This document shows positions 29,801 to 38,847 of a DNA stretch of 64,000 nucleotides, piece after piece (position 1 is the first letter of the stretch; each line of letters begins with the position of its first letter). Source of the DNA: a virus. The stretch lies in IMG/VR virus record IMGVR_UViG_3300020463_001984, positions 1 to 64,000 of that record; one strand, 5' to 3'. The translations under genes and the position numbers were made by a program. Below the pieces are notes generated by a model that did no database searches, was not told the DNA's origin, and saw nothing but the letters and a program-made list of their open reading frames with translations.

Positions 29801-30457
29801 ATTATTAGACAAAAATACAGTCAGGTTAGATTAACAGGACACGACTTCTTAGAAATTGGTAGAGGTGATGAACTTCAATCTAACTATCCGTTGTTAATAC
29901 CTGATATTAACTATGAAAACAAATCATTCAATGAAACTGCACAAGGTAATGGTGGTAGAGTATTTTATACATCAACAGACCAAGCAGGTAACTTTAGAGT
30001 TGGTGAATTATTTGAAGTTGAACAAAGCACAGGTATTGTTACCCTTAATGCAAGTTACTTCAAACTTGATGGATTAACAGAACTTAGATTAGGTGGTGTA
30101 ACACTTGGTGGAACAAACGCACTTATTAAAGAATTCAGTAAAGATGGCACATTTGCCGCAAATAGTAATGAAATTGTACCAACACAAAGAGCAGTAGCGG
30201 CTTATATTGCTTCTAGAATATCAGGTGGTGGTGTAAACGTTAATGTTAACGCATTAATATCAGGAGAAGTCAAAGTCATAGGTAATCAAATTACAACAAC
30301 CAGTGGAAATACCATACAAGTACCGGTAAAAATGAATTTCCAGAAGGGAATTGACGGATCTATGGCGGCAATGACGTATTTTACAGCAGGAGGAATATTT
30401 TCGAATATAGACGAGGGTGATCCTACTACTCCACAGGAGCAAGGCTATGGTTTATAG
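23837..30457 (+). CDS. Giant modular virion protein (2206 aa): CBM5/12-like repeats, cupredoxin-like modules, beta-helix, BNR propeller
   Basis: W...T.Y..(N/G)DIV.YGG..Y.C...H repeats; S.D(N)G..W Asp-boxes; paralog of 30507..35930. Confidence 0.75.
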   Translation: MAEFKLDRIRFRWKGAWASTTAYIKDDIVSYGGKIYVCIFGHTSVDDTVAGTDFYTDAFDSTNPKWTQMLDGVSWKNTWQPGTYYKVNDIVKYGGQLYQCIIGHDSSTYTVPSSATTYTVLTRNDTVNTPEDKDYVVTVEQGSPSQTDGYFFLDDVQAPTVSFVKGKTYTFDQSPGSNETWNTKIHPLAFSITADGTNTTGTYYETGVTYELDGTAVTRINYDAGFAAATSRKVIFQVPANAPTTLYYFSNSSANRGGTINVSEAAGNFYLAGTENRVLSLVEGHQYLFDQTDSSNATFGGTAHPMVLSTYWDGHHNGGSVYGNGVTYLLDGSVVTLASYLSGFAAASDRKVKFIVPSNPPDKIYYYDYNQADTGNKHKNEGQYFHLYDNGEIGDSDIGNWKILDASDNWRFEWQPLTKYRIGDTIKYGGILYRCTSAHTSSNTVTGLELDIAKWITVLETDTWKGDWTPGKRYFNHDIVRYGGITKRCVTGHVAQADDNLGIEPDDAKWETLVDGIEYIGEWLARQDLNVSSFSGSSATCVHNYTADDNGSILKYTTTGTKDTSLIADKFYYFRYVDATNISFHLNKDDAIIGRDPVTFSGDSVGSQTLEVSKKIKLGDLVRYGPTLFRCTTAHVPGTQFSTAFFSTWIPGLGFENQWQDTITYQPGDIVTYGGYSYTALTVNTSSVPSANLLAQDTGDWELLTQGYRVGASYNSDQSTQDTASDWGNTTAYKTGDVVRLNGHVFIALRDSTGSEPDDSLTTTTYAVTVGNPGSGNRYYIDGVAEATLTLIEGNTYIFNQSATSNNTHPMYISTVSNGHWNDSTYNYYQPGVVYHLDGTDYLNAQDYSSGFNSATVRYVKITVPRDAYKQLYPVCDNHSGMYGTGVWNTGQSGNNWQTLITGDHWKDFWIEADPISLSPTNYYLGDIVTYEGTLYRCVKRHTASTSGSRPDLDMDYTQENYWTKVIQGGLTNVLQYRGDIRSHDGTSTVRRGIGNPGDVLKVINTIPSYEDLGAVANVFYVATNGIDNTDTGRGLSDSAPFASVKYACDHIFQDEATRSPATIFVKTGTYKEQLPIKVPADVAIVGDELRSTRIEPATSAFETSDMFRVRNGCGIRNMTLAGLKGTLSAEDAYQTKRVVGGAFVALDPGDGPNDTSVHIINKSTYVQNVSTFGEKCIGLRIDGDLHSAGNKSVVANDFTQIIQQGIGFWCSGEGKAELVSVFTYYCHIGYLCTDGGKVRATNGNNSYGDFGSVAIGFDNTETPITGKINNYSGEATVSKVFNDENQLFTVGYSNAGNHYTSGTVAITGSGLNAAANLKEFRDNGIMEVRVVDPGDSSIAGGAGYTFVNNRAQLGDSLSINIANSDVNNELYYLNKLLTIVEGEGRGQYGYITSYDWNTGGVIAGTVTSATDAVRVEGSYTGKTGTSSNGLATPPTVTLTVDATGDVTVTVTAVGKNNLADDIITYTNVDFGGQGANVTFKISSVSLGNKRMTIARQADGVAGWEHLLPGQPIKTVLDETTRYQITPRIDVSEPPYNANNYNTPSGTDVKEFAYQKIGSNRLTVGVGNNSMIWTTDGTSWNNAASYTNLPYVSVAEGNNFFVAIDSAGNTRKSGDGTNWSSAGSLPTNTYNTIRYGNGYHIAIADSQSNAYVSSNNGDTWTTVAAGFSNVKFLAYGNDKWIAMNQAGDTWESIDNGSSWSSGPDLGAVQYDVASLCFGNGRFVAAAYDSPNDISTVNNKFFYSLTNKSVAAGSTQWLMGEDTPAADNFFVSYQQGVFVAISANGQVCVSPDGNLWDNKSSLGGSYVGIGAGSSRTSGPQFFPIQNGTVSQITTIEYGARARLIPQLASNRISEFTIIEPGSGYTGSAPTLSIVDPDKQTSVTYEVRLGTGVCGPIEFTNRGTGYLNISVTVTGDGYRDQYQLGENIVVKDLSREPGPGDNLYINEINDVVYSVQAVTNKTGSEPNLQATLQISPTIDRAESPNHEETFIIRQKYSQVRLTGHDFLEIGRGDELQSNYPLLIPDINYENKSFNETAQGNGGRVFYTSTDQAGNFRVGELFEVEQSTGIVTLNASYFKLDGLTELRLGGVTLGGTNALIKEFSKDGTFAANSNEIVPTQRAVAAYIASRISGGGVNVNVNALISGEVKVIGNQITTTSGNTIQVPVKMNFQKGIDGSMAAMTYFTAGGIFSNIDEGDPTTPQEQGYGL

Positions 30458-30506
30458 GAATTTAAGATAATGATAAATATATTTAAGAAAGCGATAGGTT
30501 TCAAAA

Positions 30507-33500
30507 ATGGCAGAATTTAAACTAGGTAGAATCAGATTTATATGGAAAGGTGCGTGGGTATCTGCGACACAATACTATAAAGATGACGTAATCAGATATG
30601 GTGGAAGAACTTACATTTGTATTCTTGGACACACTGCTTCTGGCACGTTTGAAACAGACCAAGCAACTAAATGGAACAACCTAGCAGACGGTCAAGAATG
30701 GAAAAGCGACTGGGCATTATCAACAGTTTATAAGCCAAATGATATTGTAAAGTACGGAAGTTTACTTTATATTGCTAACACTGGACACACTTCAGCAAGT
30801 ACTACATCAGACGGATTAGAATTAGATCAATCCAAATGGGATTTATGGTCAGAAGGTTTTGATTGGAAAGGTGCTTGGGGAGTAAGTACAAGATACAAAA
30901 TAAATGACATCATAGCATATGGTGGTGATTTATATCTTTGTACAGAAAAACACACTTCGGCGGCTTCAACTTCCGATGGTTTAGAATTAGATAATGCAAA
31001 GTGGGATACATTTGCAAGAGGTCTTGAGTGGAGAGGCGATTGGGGTGCTACAACAAGATATAGAATTAATGATGTTGTCAAATACGGTGGACAAATTTAT
31101 GTTTGTAACGCAGGACACACTGCCGCGGCAAACGTTGCACTTGGTTTAGAAGCGAATCAATCAAGTTGGGATTACCTACACAAAGGTATTGAATACAAAG
31201 GTAACTGGGCAACTACAACAAGATATAAAATTAATGATTTAGTTAAGTATGGTGGAGACATTTGGATTTGTACTACATTCCATACTTCAACAACTACACT
31301 TGCCGCTGATGAAAGTAACTGGGCAATATTTGTTCCAGGTTTAGAATTTGAAGACAGTTGGCAAAATAACGTAAACTATCAACCAGGTGACGTTGTTACT
31401 TACGGTGGTTATTCTTATATTTCAAAAACAAATAACTATGCCGCAACACCTTACAACAATACATCAAACTGGGATTTATTTACAACAGGATTTAGTTTAA
31501 AAGGTGATTACAATAACACAACAAATTATAAAGTTGGAGATGTTGTAAGAGTAGGTGGCTGGACATACTTGGCGATTGCTGATGGTGTTGGTAACAGACC
31601 ACCGGACAATACAAAATGGGATAAATTAAACCAAGGCTTCTATTGGAAGAATACTTGGACTAATGGAACATACTATGATAAAGGTGATGTTGTTAGAGGT
31701 ATTAACAATATTAACTCTTATGTTTGTGTAGCAGAACACACATCAGATCAAGTAACAGCACAGAATAGACCAGACCAAGATTTAGATGGTAGTGAATGGA
31801 ATCTATTAAGTGGTGGTGTTGAATCAGGTAACTTAACAACACGTGGTGACCTTGTTTACTACGGTGGTTCAGGTCCAACTAGACTTGCTATTGGTTCTCC
31901 AGGACAGGTATTAAAAGTAAATGACGCTGGTACAGACCCAGTGTGGGGTTACTTTGGTCAGATAGAAGCAGTTTATTATGTAGCATCAACAGGATTAGAT
32001 CAAGTCGTTCCCGCTTATGGTGTAACACTTGATAAACCTTTCAAAACTGTACAGTTTGGTTTACAACAAATTGAAAAAGGTGCAAGAAAACCTTATGCAA
32101 CAGAATTATTTAAAAGAAACAAAGCATTTATTGTTGCTGAAACTTTAGCATGGGTTGATAGACAAATTTCAACTAACGCAAGTCCGTTTAGTGCTTCATT
32201 TACATACACAGCGGCTAACTGGTCAAGAGATTTAAGACACTTGTTAGATGGTGTTGAGTTTGATCTATGTCATGGCGGTAATAGAAAATCAAGACAAGTT
32301 GCTTTAAGTTTCTTTAGATCAAATTCATTTAGTTATTATGTAACTAACAGTTCACTTACAACTGAGTGGGCGGCAATGTTAGTTTACATGAAAACTTTAA
32401 TTGATGATATATTAACACAAAACACTCCAAGTACAAATTATCAAACTTTAATGAGTGTATCTCCTGCAACGTTGCAAATTAAAAATGCAACTATTTCAGA
32501 AGAACCAGGAGCACAAACAGTTGTAGATAGTTTAGTAGATATTTCAAGATCAGCATTAGTGGCAAATAGTGCAACAAGCACAACTTACAATGTTACAGCG
32601 GCAACTTATAACGGTGTTACAGGAGACATGGATCTAACTATTGGATCACACACTTTACCAGTAAACACAAAAATTATTTTAAAAACAAATAGTTTAACAT
32701 TTACTTGTGCTAAAGATGATCATGCAACTAACCACACATATCCAAGGACAACTGATCCAGCATACGCAACACCAATTTCAGTTACAAGTACAACAGGAAC
32801 AACAATTAGAGTAAACGTTGGAAAGAATCCTGATGGTAACTATGCTCACTTATTTGTAAGTGCAACAGCAGGTGCAGTTTCGTTAGCAAGTGGCGGAGGT
32901 ATTCCAGCAGAGATAGTTGCAAACGATACATTATTTGTTAAGACAGGAACATTTGCAGAAGTACTTCCAATGGTAATTCCAGAAAGTTGTGCAGTTGTAG
33001 GTGACGAACTACGTTCAACAAAAATTACTCCAGCAGGTCAACTAACAAGTTCAGATGATACTGCATTTAGTTTATATGGTATTCTTCATATGAAATCTAT
33101 CATTGATAATATCATTCTTAATACAAGTATTACAAAACAAACAAACAATCCTTTAACACAGGATACAGCACACCCGGCAGGTGATGCCGCGGCTGTTACA
33201 AAAGCAGAAGCAGTTGTAGATGCTATACACGATTACATTAACTTTAATGTTGTAAGTGATTCAACAGCAGTCAATCCTACAATGAAAGGACAGATGAGTC
33301 CAAATCAAGAGTTAGGTGTAAAAAATGCTGTATTAAGATTAGAAGAAAACAAAGATTTTATTGCAGAAGATGTAACAAATTACATTTTAAATACATTCCC
33401 AGGATACACTGGTTTTGATGCTACTGCTCAAGCGGCTTGTAAGAGAGACGTAAGAAGATATGTAGAAGCAGTACAACATGATATAGTTTATGATGGAACA

Positions 33501-35930
33501 TACATGGCAATTAGAGCAGGACAACTTTATGCAAATAGTGTAAGTGGTTCTACTTTACAAAATATGTTCTTAGTAAGAAACGGTACTGGTTTAAGAAACT
33601 GTACAATAAGCGGATTGAGTGGTACATTAGGAGCGGCAAACTCCTTTGGTACTAAACGTCCAAGTGCAGGAGCATTTGTGTCGTTGGATCCAGGTTGGGG
33701 ACCATCACATGAAGATGTTTGGGTCAAAAACAAATCTTGTTATGTACAAAACGTTACAACATTTGGAACTGGATGTATAGGATTAAAAATTGACGGTGAC
33801 TTACACGCAGGTGGTAATGACTCTGTTGTTGCTAATGACTTTACACAGGTACTATCAGATGGTATTGGTGTATGGGTAACAAACTTAGGTAGATCAGAAC
33901 TTGTTTCCGTGTTCTCATACTACGGACACATTGGATACCTAGCAGAAAACGGCGGTAAGATACGTGCTACAAACGGTAACTCATCATATGGTGATTTTGG
34001 TTGTGTTGCAGAAGGTGTAGACGCAACAGAAATTCCAATCACAGGATTTGTAGATAACAAAGCAGGCCAGGCAACAGTTGCTAACGTAACTACTGATGGC
34101 GAAAGAGTGTTAACACTAGAATACCTAAATGCTGGACGAGATTATGATCTTGGAGGTGGAACTGCAAACATAGCCATAACAGGTGAAGGGTATAACTTAG
34201 GTACAGTTACTCCGGTTTATAGAACAGGCGGAGTAATGGAAGTTAGATTATTAGAAACAGTAGCGGATCCAAGTAACTTGGGTGGTGCTGATTACAAATT
34301 TGTAAGTAACAATGCACAGATAGGTAATGCAACACAGATTACAATTTCAAACACTGATACAAATACATCAGGAGCATTAGTAGGAATGGGAATCTTTATT
34401 AAAGCAGGACTTGGCGCAGGACAATATGCTTACATTGATACATATAACTCAGGTACAAAAGTTGCAACAGTAAGAAAAGTTTCAGATGGTACTGCAGGTT
34501 GGGACCATGTACTAGGCGAATCAATATTATCATTATTAGATAGTACTACTGCATACGAGATTGAGCCAAGAATTACTTTTGCGGCACCAACTGGTGATGG
34601 TTCAAGTACAAGTATTAAAGCACTAGCAAGACCAACAGTGGTTGATGGAAAGATTTCACAGATTAGAATTTGGGAACCAGGACAAGGATATTTAACTGCT
34701 CCTGCAATTACAATTACTGATCCAAACAATACAACAGAAGCACCGACTCAAGTTAGAATAGGTGACGGTGTGTTAGCACAACCTACTTACGCAGGTGGAA
34801 CAAATGCAGGTAGAGGTCAAGCATTTGAAACTGCAAGTGCGTTGGTTACTGCTACATTGACAGAAACAAATGTTACAGGTGTTACTTTAAATAATCCAAT
34901 TAGAGTTACAGCAAGTGGCGGACATACAGTTACAAATGGACAAAAAGTTACGTTTATAGAAATTGTTGGAACTATTCAAATTAATAGTAACACTTACTTT
35001 GCAAAATATATTGATGCAAATAATGTTGACTTGTATAGAGATCCAGCATTAACTGATGGTATTGACGGAACATTAAGTGGTGCGTATGGAACTTACCTAT
35101 CAGGCGGTAAGATGAAGTATGGTGGTGGATTTAGAGATCAGTTCCAATCAGGACAATACGTAACAGTAGTTGGAATGGCAAACAATCCAACAGCAGGATC
35201 AAACGTACAGTTTAGTAACATAAGTGATACAGTGTTTAAACTTGTTAGCATAACTAACTTGTTAGGACAAGGACCTTATAGTGCTACATTACAAGTTTCA
35301 CCAAACGTATCAGTTAGTCAGGCTCCGGCACACTATCAAGATACAACAATAAGAATTAGGTACTCACAAGTAAGATTAACAGGACATGACTTCTTGGATA
35401 TTGGTACAGGTAACTTTACTAATACCAACTATCCAAACATTCCATTACAGAATCCAGTTGCGGCAAACGAAACTAGAGAACGTGATGGTGGTAGAGTGTT
35501 CTTTACTTCAACTGACCAAGATGGTAACTTTAGAGTTGGCGGACTATTTACAGTTGAACAGAGTACTGGAGTTGCGACCCTAAATGCAGATGCATTTAAT
35601 ATTAGCGGTCTACAAGAATTATCACTGGGATCAGTTGCGTTAGGTTCAACAGGTGCTACAATTAATGAGTTTAGCACAGACGGAGCGTTCGCGGCAAATA
35701 GTGATAGTATAGTGCCAACACAAAAAGCAATTAAGACGTATATCACATCACAAATTGGTGGTGGTGCATCTACATTGAACGTGAACCAGATTACTGCTGG
35801 TTTAGTACAAATTTCCGGTCAGGAAATTACTACAACAACAGTTGTTCCGATCAACGTAAACGCGACTATGAATTTCAAGGGTGGAATTGATGGTACGCCG
35901 GTTGCACTAAATATGTTTTTAATGGGATAA
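30507..35930 (+). CDS. Giant modular virion protein (1807 aa): CBM5/12-like repeats, beta-helix, helical CxRD modules
   Basis: MAEFKLGRIRF.WKGAW start; about 8 W..T.Y..ND.V.YGG repeats; C-terminus shared with the 2206-aa protein. Confidence 0.75.
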   Translation: MAEFKLGRIRFIWKGAWVSATQYYKDDVIRYGGRTYICILGHTASGTFETDQATKWNNLADGQEWKSDWALSTVYKPNDIVKYGSLLYIANTGHTSASTTSDGLELDQSKWDLWSEGFDWKGAWGVSTRYKINDIIAYGGDLYLCTEKHTSAASTSDGLELDNAKWDTFARGLEWRGDWGATTRYRINDVVKYGGQIYVCNAGHTAAANVALGLEANQSSWDYLHKGIEYKGNWATTTRYKINDLVKYGGDIWICTTFHTSTTTLAADESNWAIFVPGLEFEDSWQNNVNYQPGDVVTYGGYSYISKTNNYAATPYNNTSNWDLFTTGFSLKGDYNNTTNYKVGDVVRVGGWTYLAIADGVGNRPPDNTKWDKLNQGFYWKNTWTNGTYYDKGDVVRGINNINSYVCVAEHTSDQVTAQNRPDQDLDGSEWNLLSGGVESGNLTTRGDLVYYGGSGPTRLAIGSPGQVLKVNDAGTDPVWGYFGQIEAVYYVASTGLDQVVPAYGVTLDKPFKTVQFGLQQIEKGARKPYATELFKRNKAFIVAETLAWVDRQISTNASPFSASFTYTAANWSRDLRHLLDGVEFDLCHGGNRKSRQVALSFFRSNSFSYYVTNSSLTTEWAAMLVYMKTLIDDILTQNTPSTNYQTLMSVSPATLQIKNATISEEPGAQTVVDSLVDISRSALVANSATSTTYNVTAATYNGVTGDMDLTIGSHTLPVNTKIILKTNSLTFTCAKDDHATNHTYPRTTDPAYATPISVTSTTGTTIRVNVGKNPDGNYAHLFVSATAGAVSLASGGGIPAEIVANDTLFVKTGTFAEVLPMVIPESCAVVGDELRSTKITPAGQLTSSDDTAFSLYGILHMKSIIDNIILNTSITKQTNNPLTQDTAHPAGDAAAVTKAEAVVDAIHDYINFNVVSDSTAVNPTMKGQMSPNQELGVKNAVLRLEENKDFIAEDVTNYILNTFPGYTGFDATAQAACKRDVRRYVEAVQHDIVYDGTYMAIRAGQLYANSVSGSTLQNMFLVRNGTGLRNCTISGLSGTLGAANSFGTKRPSAGAFVSLDPGWGPSHEDVWVKNKSCYVQNVTTFGTGCIGLKIDGDLHAGGNDSVVANDFTQVLSDGIGVWVTNLGRSELVSVFSYYGHIGYLAENGGKIRATNGNSSYGDFGCVAEGVDATEIPITGFVDNKAGQATVANVTTDGERVLTLEYLNAGRDYDLGGGTANIAITGEGYNLGTVTPVYRTGGVMEVRLLETVADPSNLGGADYKFVSNNAQIGNATQITISNTDTNTSGALVGMGIFIKAGLGAGQYAYIDTYNSGTKVATVRKVSDGTAGWDHVLGESILSLLDSTTAYEIEPRITFAAPTGDGSSTSIKALARPTVVDGKISQIRIWEPGQGYLTAPAITITDPNNTTEAPTQVRIGDGVLAQPTYAGGTNAGRGQAFETASALVTATLTETNVTGVTLNNPIRVTASGGHTVTNGQKVTFIEIVGTIQINSNTYFAKYIDANNVDLYRDPALTDGIDGTLSGAYGTYLSGGKMKYGGGFRDQFQSGQYVTVVGMANNPTAGSNVQFSNISDTVFKLVSITNLLGQGPYSATLQVSPNVSVSQAPAHYQDTTIRIRYSQVRLTGHDFLDIGTGNFTNTNYPNIPLQNPVAANETRERDGGRVFFTSTDQDGNFRVGGLFTVEQSTGVATLNADAFNISGLQELSLGSVALGSTGATINEFSTDGAFAANSDSIVPTQKAIKTYITSQIGGGASTLNVNQITAGLVQISGQEITTTTVVPINVNATMNFKGGIDGTPVALNMFLMG

Positions 35931-35943
35931 AGGAGATAGAACT

Positions 35944-36261
35944 ATGGCAACAGGAAGACTAGGCGCCGCAGATTTAGCCGCTGGTACACTAACTACCGTT
36001 TATACCGTTCCCGCATCAACTTATGGGGTTGTTACGTGTTCGTTATGCAATAGAGGTAATAGTGCAATATCAGTCAGAATGGCGGTTGCAGTAAATGATA
36101 CACCAACAAATGGCGAGTACATTGAGTACGATGTAGAAGTATTAGCCAAAGGGGTGTTAGAGAGAAGCGGTATCGTAATGGATGCTGGTAAGAAATTGGT
36201 AGTGTACTCATCTGCCGTTAACGTTAGCGCCGTTGTTTTCGGAATCGAAACAACTGCATAA
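35944..36261 (+). CDS. Small adaptor-like structural protein, paralog 3
   Basis: VYTVPA...LCNRG...V.V...GIE. Confidence 0.6.
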   Translation: MATGRLGAADLAAGTLTTVYTVPASTYGVVTCSLCNRGNSAISVRMAVAVNDTPTNGEYIEYDVEVLAKGVLERSGIVMDAGKKLVVYSSAVNVSAVVFGIETTA

Positions 36262-36295
36262 TGCTAAATACTAATAAGGATAAAGGGATAAAACA

Positions 36296-36622
36296 ATGGG
36301 AAGATACATAACAACCACAGGAACAGCAGGTACAGTTGTTAAAGAGGTCAATGCTACATATCAAGCAGTAGTTAATGACAGAATTCTTTGTACAACTGGC
36401 GGGTTCACTATTACACTTCCTCTTTCTACGTCACTGTTAGTTAACGACACCGTTCAGATTATTGATGTAACTGGTGTTGCTAACAATAGTAACATTACAG
36501 TAGCAAGAAACGGTGCAAAAATACAGAACCTTGCAGAAAATTTAACACTTGATGTCAACAACGTTGCAGTAACACTTGTATATACAGGTGCAACTTACGG
36601 TTGGATCATTAGTGGAACATAA
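36296..36622 (+). CDS. Small tail-fibre-type protein (gp34-like repeat domain)
   Basis: FTITLP..DTVQIID..NITVARNG.KI..LVY....GW; late promoter at 36264. Confidence 0.6.
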   Translation: MGRYITTTGTAGTVVKEVNATYQAVVNDRILCTTGGFTITLPLSTSLLVNDTVQIIDVTGVANNSNITVARNGAKIQNLAENLTLDVNNVAVTLVYTGATYGWIISGT

Positions 36623-36643
36623 GAATTAGGAGAAGGAAGTACG

Positions 36644-37375
36644 ATGTCATCATTAAGAGCATTTTTAAGTGACGTAGCACCCGTTAAAGGTGGTGTGACA
36701 CAACAGTTATGGGTCTATACAAAGAATGACAGTATAGGTAACGGCGGAAGATGTTGCTTATGGACCGTACCTTCAGGAAAAGTTAACGCTACATTTGAAC
36801 TATGGGGCGGCGGCGGAGGCGGCGGTGGCGGATGCTGTTGTCAGTTTCCAAATAGACCAGCCTCAGGTGGAGCATACGCGATAAGAACAGTCTCAACAGC
36901 GGCAGGTTGCACATATACGGTTTGTGCTGGTGGTTCTACTCCTTGTTGTTGTCACGGATGTTTAGGCGGCGATGGCTATCCAAGTTTCGTAACAGGATCA
37001 AGTATTCCAACAACGTGTGCACCGGGTGGTTGCGGTGGAAAACAATGTTGCTTTACTGATGCTTACACTTGTCATCCTAGTTTCGTATATAGTTGCGGAA
37101 CAGGTGATTGGGGTTTACCTAGAGTAACAGGTAGTTCAAAAAGATCTCAGTACTGCCACAATCAAATGTGGAATTGGACTGGTGGTACACCAATATTTGG
37201 TGGACAAAGAAGAAGTAAAGACTGGTGTGCAGGAAACTTTACAAACACAGGATCGTGTTTTAGTTGTCTTGCAGAATTCCCAGGCGGTGGTGGAGGCTCA
37301 GGCGCGGCTTGTGGCGAACCATGCTGTTGGGGAGGCTGGGGACAAGCCGGCGCAGTTAAAATATCGTATAGTTAG
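36644..37375 (+). CDS. Cys/Gly-rich adhesin-like protein 1 (243 aa, 24 Cys)
   Basis: NGGRCCLWTVP, FELWGGG, CCCQ, FPGGGG. Confidence 0.7.
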   Translation: MSSLRAFLSDVAPVKGGVTQQLWVYTKNDSIGNGGRCCLWTVPSGKVNATFELWGGGGGGGGGCCCQFPNRPASGGAYAIRTVSTAAGCTYTVCAGGSTPCCCHGCLGGDGYPSFVTGSSIPTTCAPGGCGGKQCCFTDAYTCHPSFVYSCGTGDWGLPRVTGSSKRSQYCHNQMWNWTGGTPIFGGQRRSKDWCAGNFTNTGSCFSCLAEFPGGGGGSGAACGEPCCWGGWGQAGAVKISYS

Positions 37376-37400
37376 GAAAGGGAAATAGGAGAATCAAATT

Positions 37401-38096
37401 ATGCCAAATACTATAATTGAAAAAGACTTTACCTATAATATCCCTGATGATTATCTGGCACAGACAAGTAATGACAGCAAGACCGCTGAAGCAACGTTTA
37501 AAGGCCCGGATAAGATTTGGATATTCGTAGATAAAGACACGGGCAAATCTACTAGAAGTAGATTATTGCTTACAGACGAGGAGAATGGATCAGAATTTCC
37601 AACTCCAGTAGATCAGTACAAGATCGAAGTTGATTGTGCTACTGATCCAACAATATGTTCTTTATGGGACACAACAGAATGGGAAACAGTAAAAGATCAA
37701 ACTCAACTAGTAGTTAATTTGCCAGATGGAACTACTTACGAGAGACCAAACCCAACTGATGTTGACCATACATACGAATTAGATGATTGTGTTTATAACA
37801 AGGACGGTACATTGTCAGCAGATGGTACAACTTACACAGGTGGTACTTGGACAATGGCTTGGAAACAACCTTGGAGTTCATGGGATGAACTAATTATCGT
37901 TAGAAATAATTTGCTTACGGCTTCAGATGCCAAGATTGCAGAAGATATGCCAGAAGCAACAAAAACAATTTGGAAAACTTACAGACAAGCATTGAGAGAT
38001 TTACCTGCTACATTTAAAAAAGGTACAGCAGATGAGTTTCCAGCACATATGGTAAACTTTCCAGTAGAACCAGGCGCGGATTTAATAGGAGAATAA
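37401..38096 (+). CDS. Tail fibre assembly chaperone-like protein 1
   Basis: C-terminal W....RN.LL..SD....DMP.....W..YRQALRDLP motif. Confidence 0.7.
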   Translation: MPNTIIEKDFTYNIPDDYLAQTSNDSKTAEATFKGPDKIWIFVDKDTGKSTRSRLLLTDEENGSEFPTPVDQYKIEVDCATDPTICSLWDTTEWETVKDQTQLVVNLPDGTTYERPNPTDVDHTYELDDCVYNKDGTLSADGTTYTGGTWTMAWKQPWSSWDELIIVRNNLLTASDAKIAEDMPEATKTIWKTYRQALRDLPATFKKGTADEFPAHMVNFPVEPGADLIGE

Positions 38097-38097
38097 G

Positions 38098-38838
38098 ATG
38101 TCAAGTTTAAGGACCTTATTACAGTACGGTACAAGTTCAGCAGGGTCTGATCCATTAAGAAGTTTGCGAGTATATAAAACAAATATTACTGATGCAAACA
38201 ATGGCGGACAATGTTGTCAGTGGACTGCACCTACAGGCGTTACTTGGGTCGCTTTCGAAATATGGGGAGGCGGTGGACCAGGAGCGGGTGTATGTTGTTG
38301 CCAACAAGGTTGGGCCGGCGGAAGTGGTTCTTACGCAAGACGAATTATTACAGCATCAGCAGGTGATCAATTTACCTTATGTGCGGCAGGTAGTACTTGC
38401 TGTCACTCAAGATGTTATCCATGCAGAGGATTCCCAACTTATGTATGTGGGCCAGGAAGTTTTTGTATGTGTGTATCCGGTGGAGCAGAAACGGCTTCCA
38501 AATGTTTTTGGAGTCAAGGATGTTCTTACTCAGGATGTCAACAGTTTAATTGCGGTTGTGTAAACGGCGGTACATTATCATTCTGTGGTACAACAGGTGG
38601 CGGACATGGTTCTTCACACTGTGCCTCTGATATGCACCAGTTTATACCAAGTGCACCTTTAACTACACCAACTAGAATGTCAAGAAGTGGTTGTTATAGA
38701 TCACATGGACAAGACCAGGGAGACCATGGAGTATTCCCAGGTGGTGGTGGAGCATCAGGTGTAACGCACAACGAAGTATGTTATTGCGGAGCGAAAGGAA
38801 TGGGCGGTTTAGTAACACTTTACTTTGCACACCCATAA
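38098..38838 (+). CDS. Cys/Gly-rich adhesin-like protein 2 (246 aa, 23 Cys)
   Basis: Same conserved blocks as protein 1. Confidence 0.7.
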   Translation: MSSLRTLLQYGTSSAGSDPLRSLRVYKTNITDANNGGQCCQWTAPTGVTWVAFEIWGGGGPGAGVCCCQQGWAGGSGSYARRIITASAGDQFTLCAAGSTCCHSRCYPCRGFPTYVCGPGSFCMCVSGGAETASKCFWSQGCSYSGCQQFNCGCVNGGTLSFCGTTGGGHGSSHCASDMHQFIPSAPLTTPTRMSRSGCYRSHGQDQGDHGVFPGGGGASGVTHNEVCYCGAKGMGGLVTLYFAHP

Positions 38839-38847
38839 GGAGAGAAT

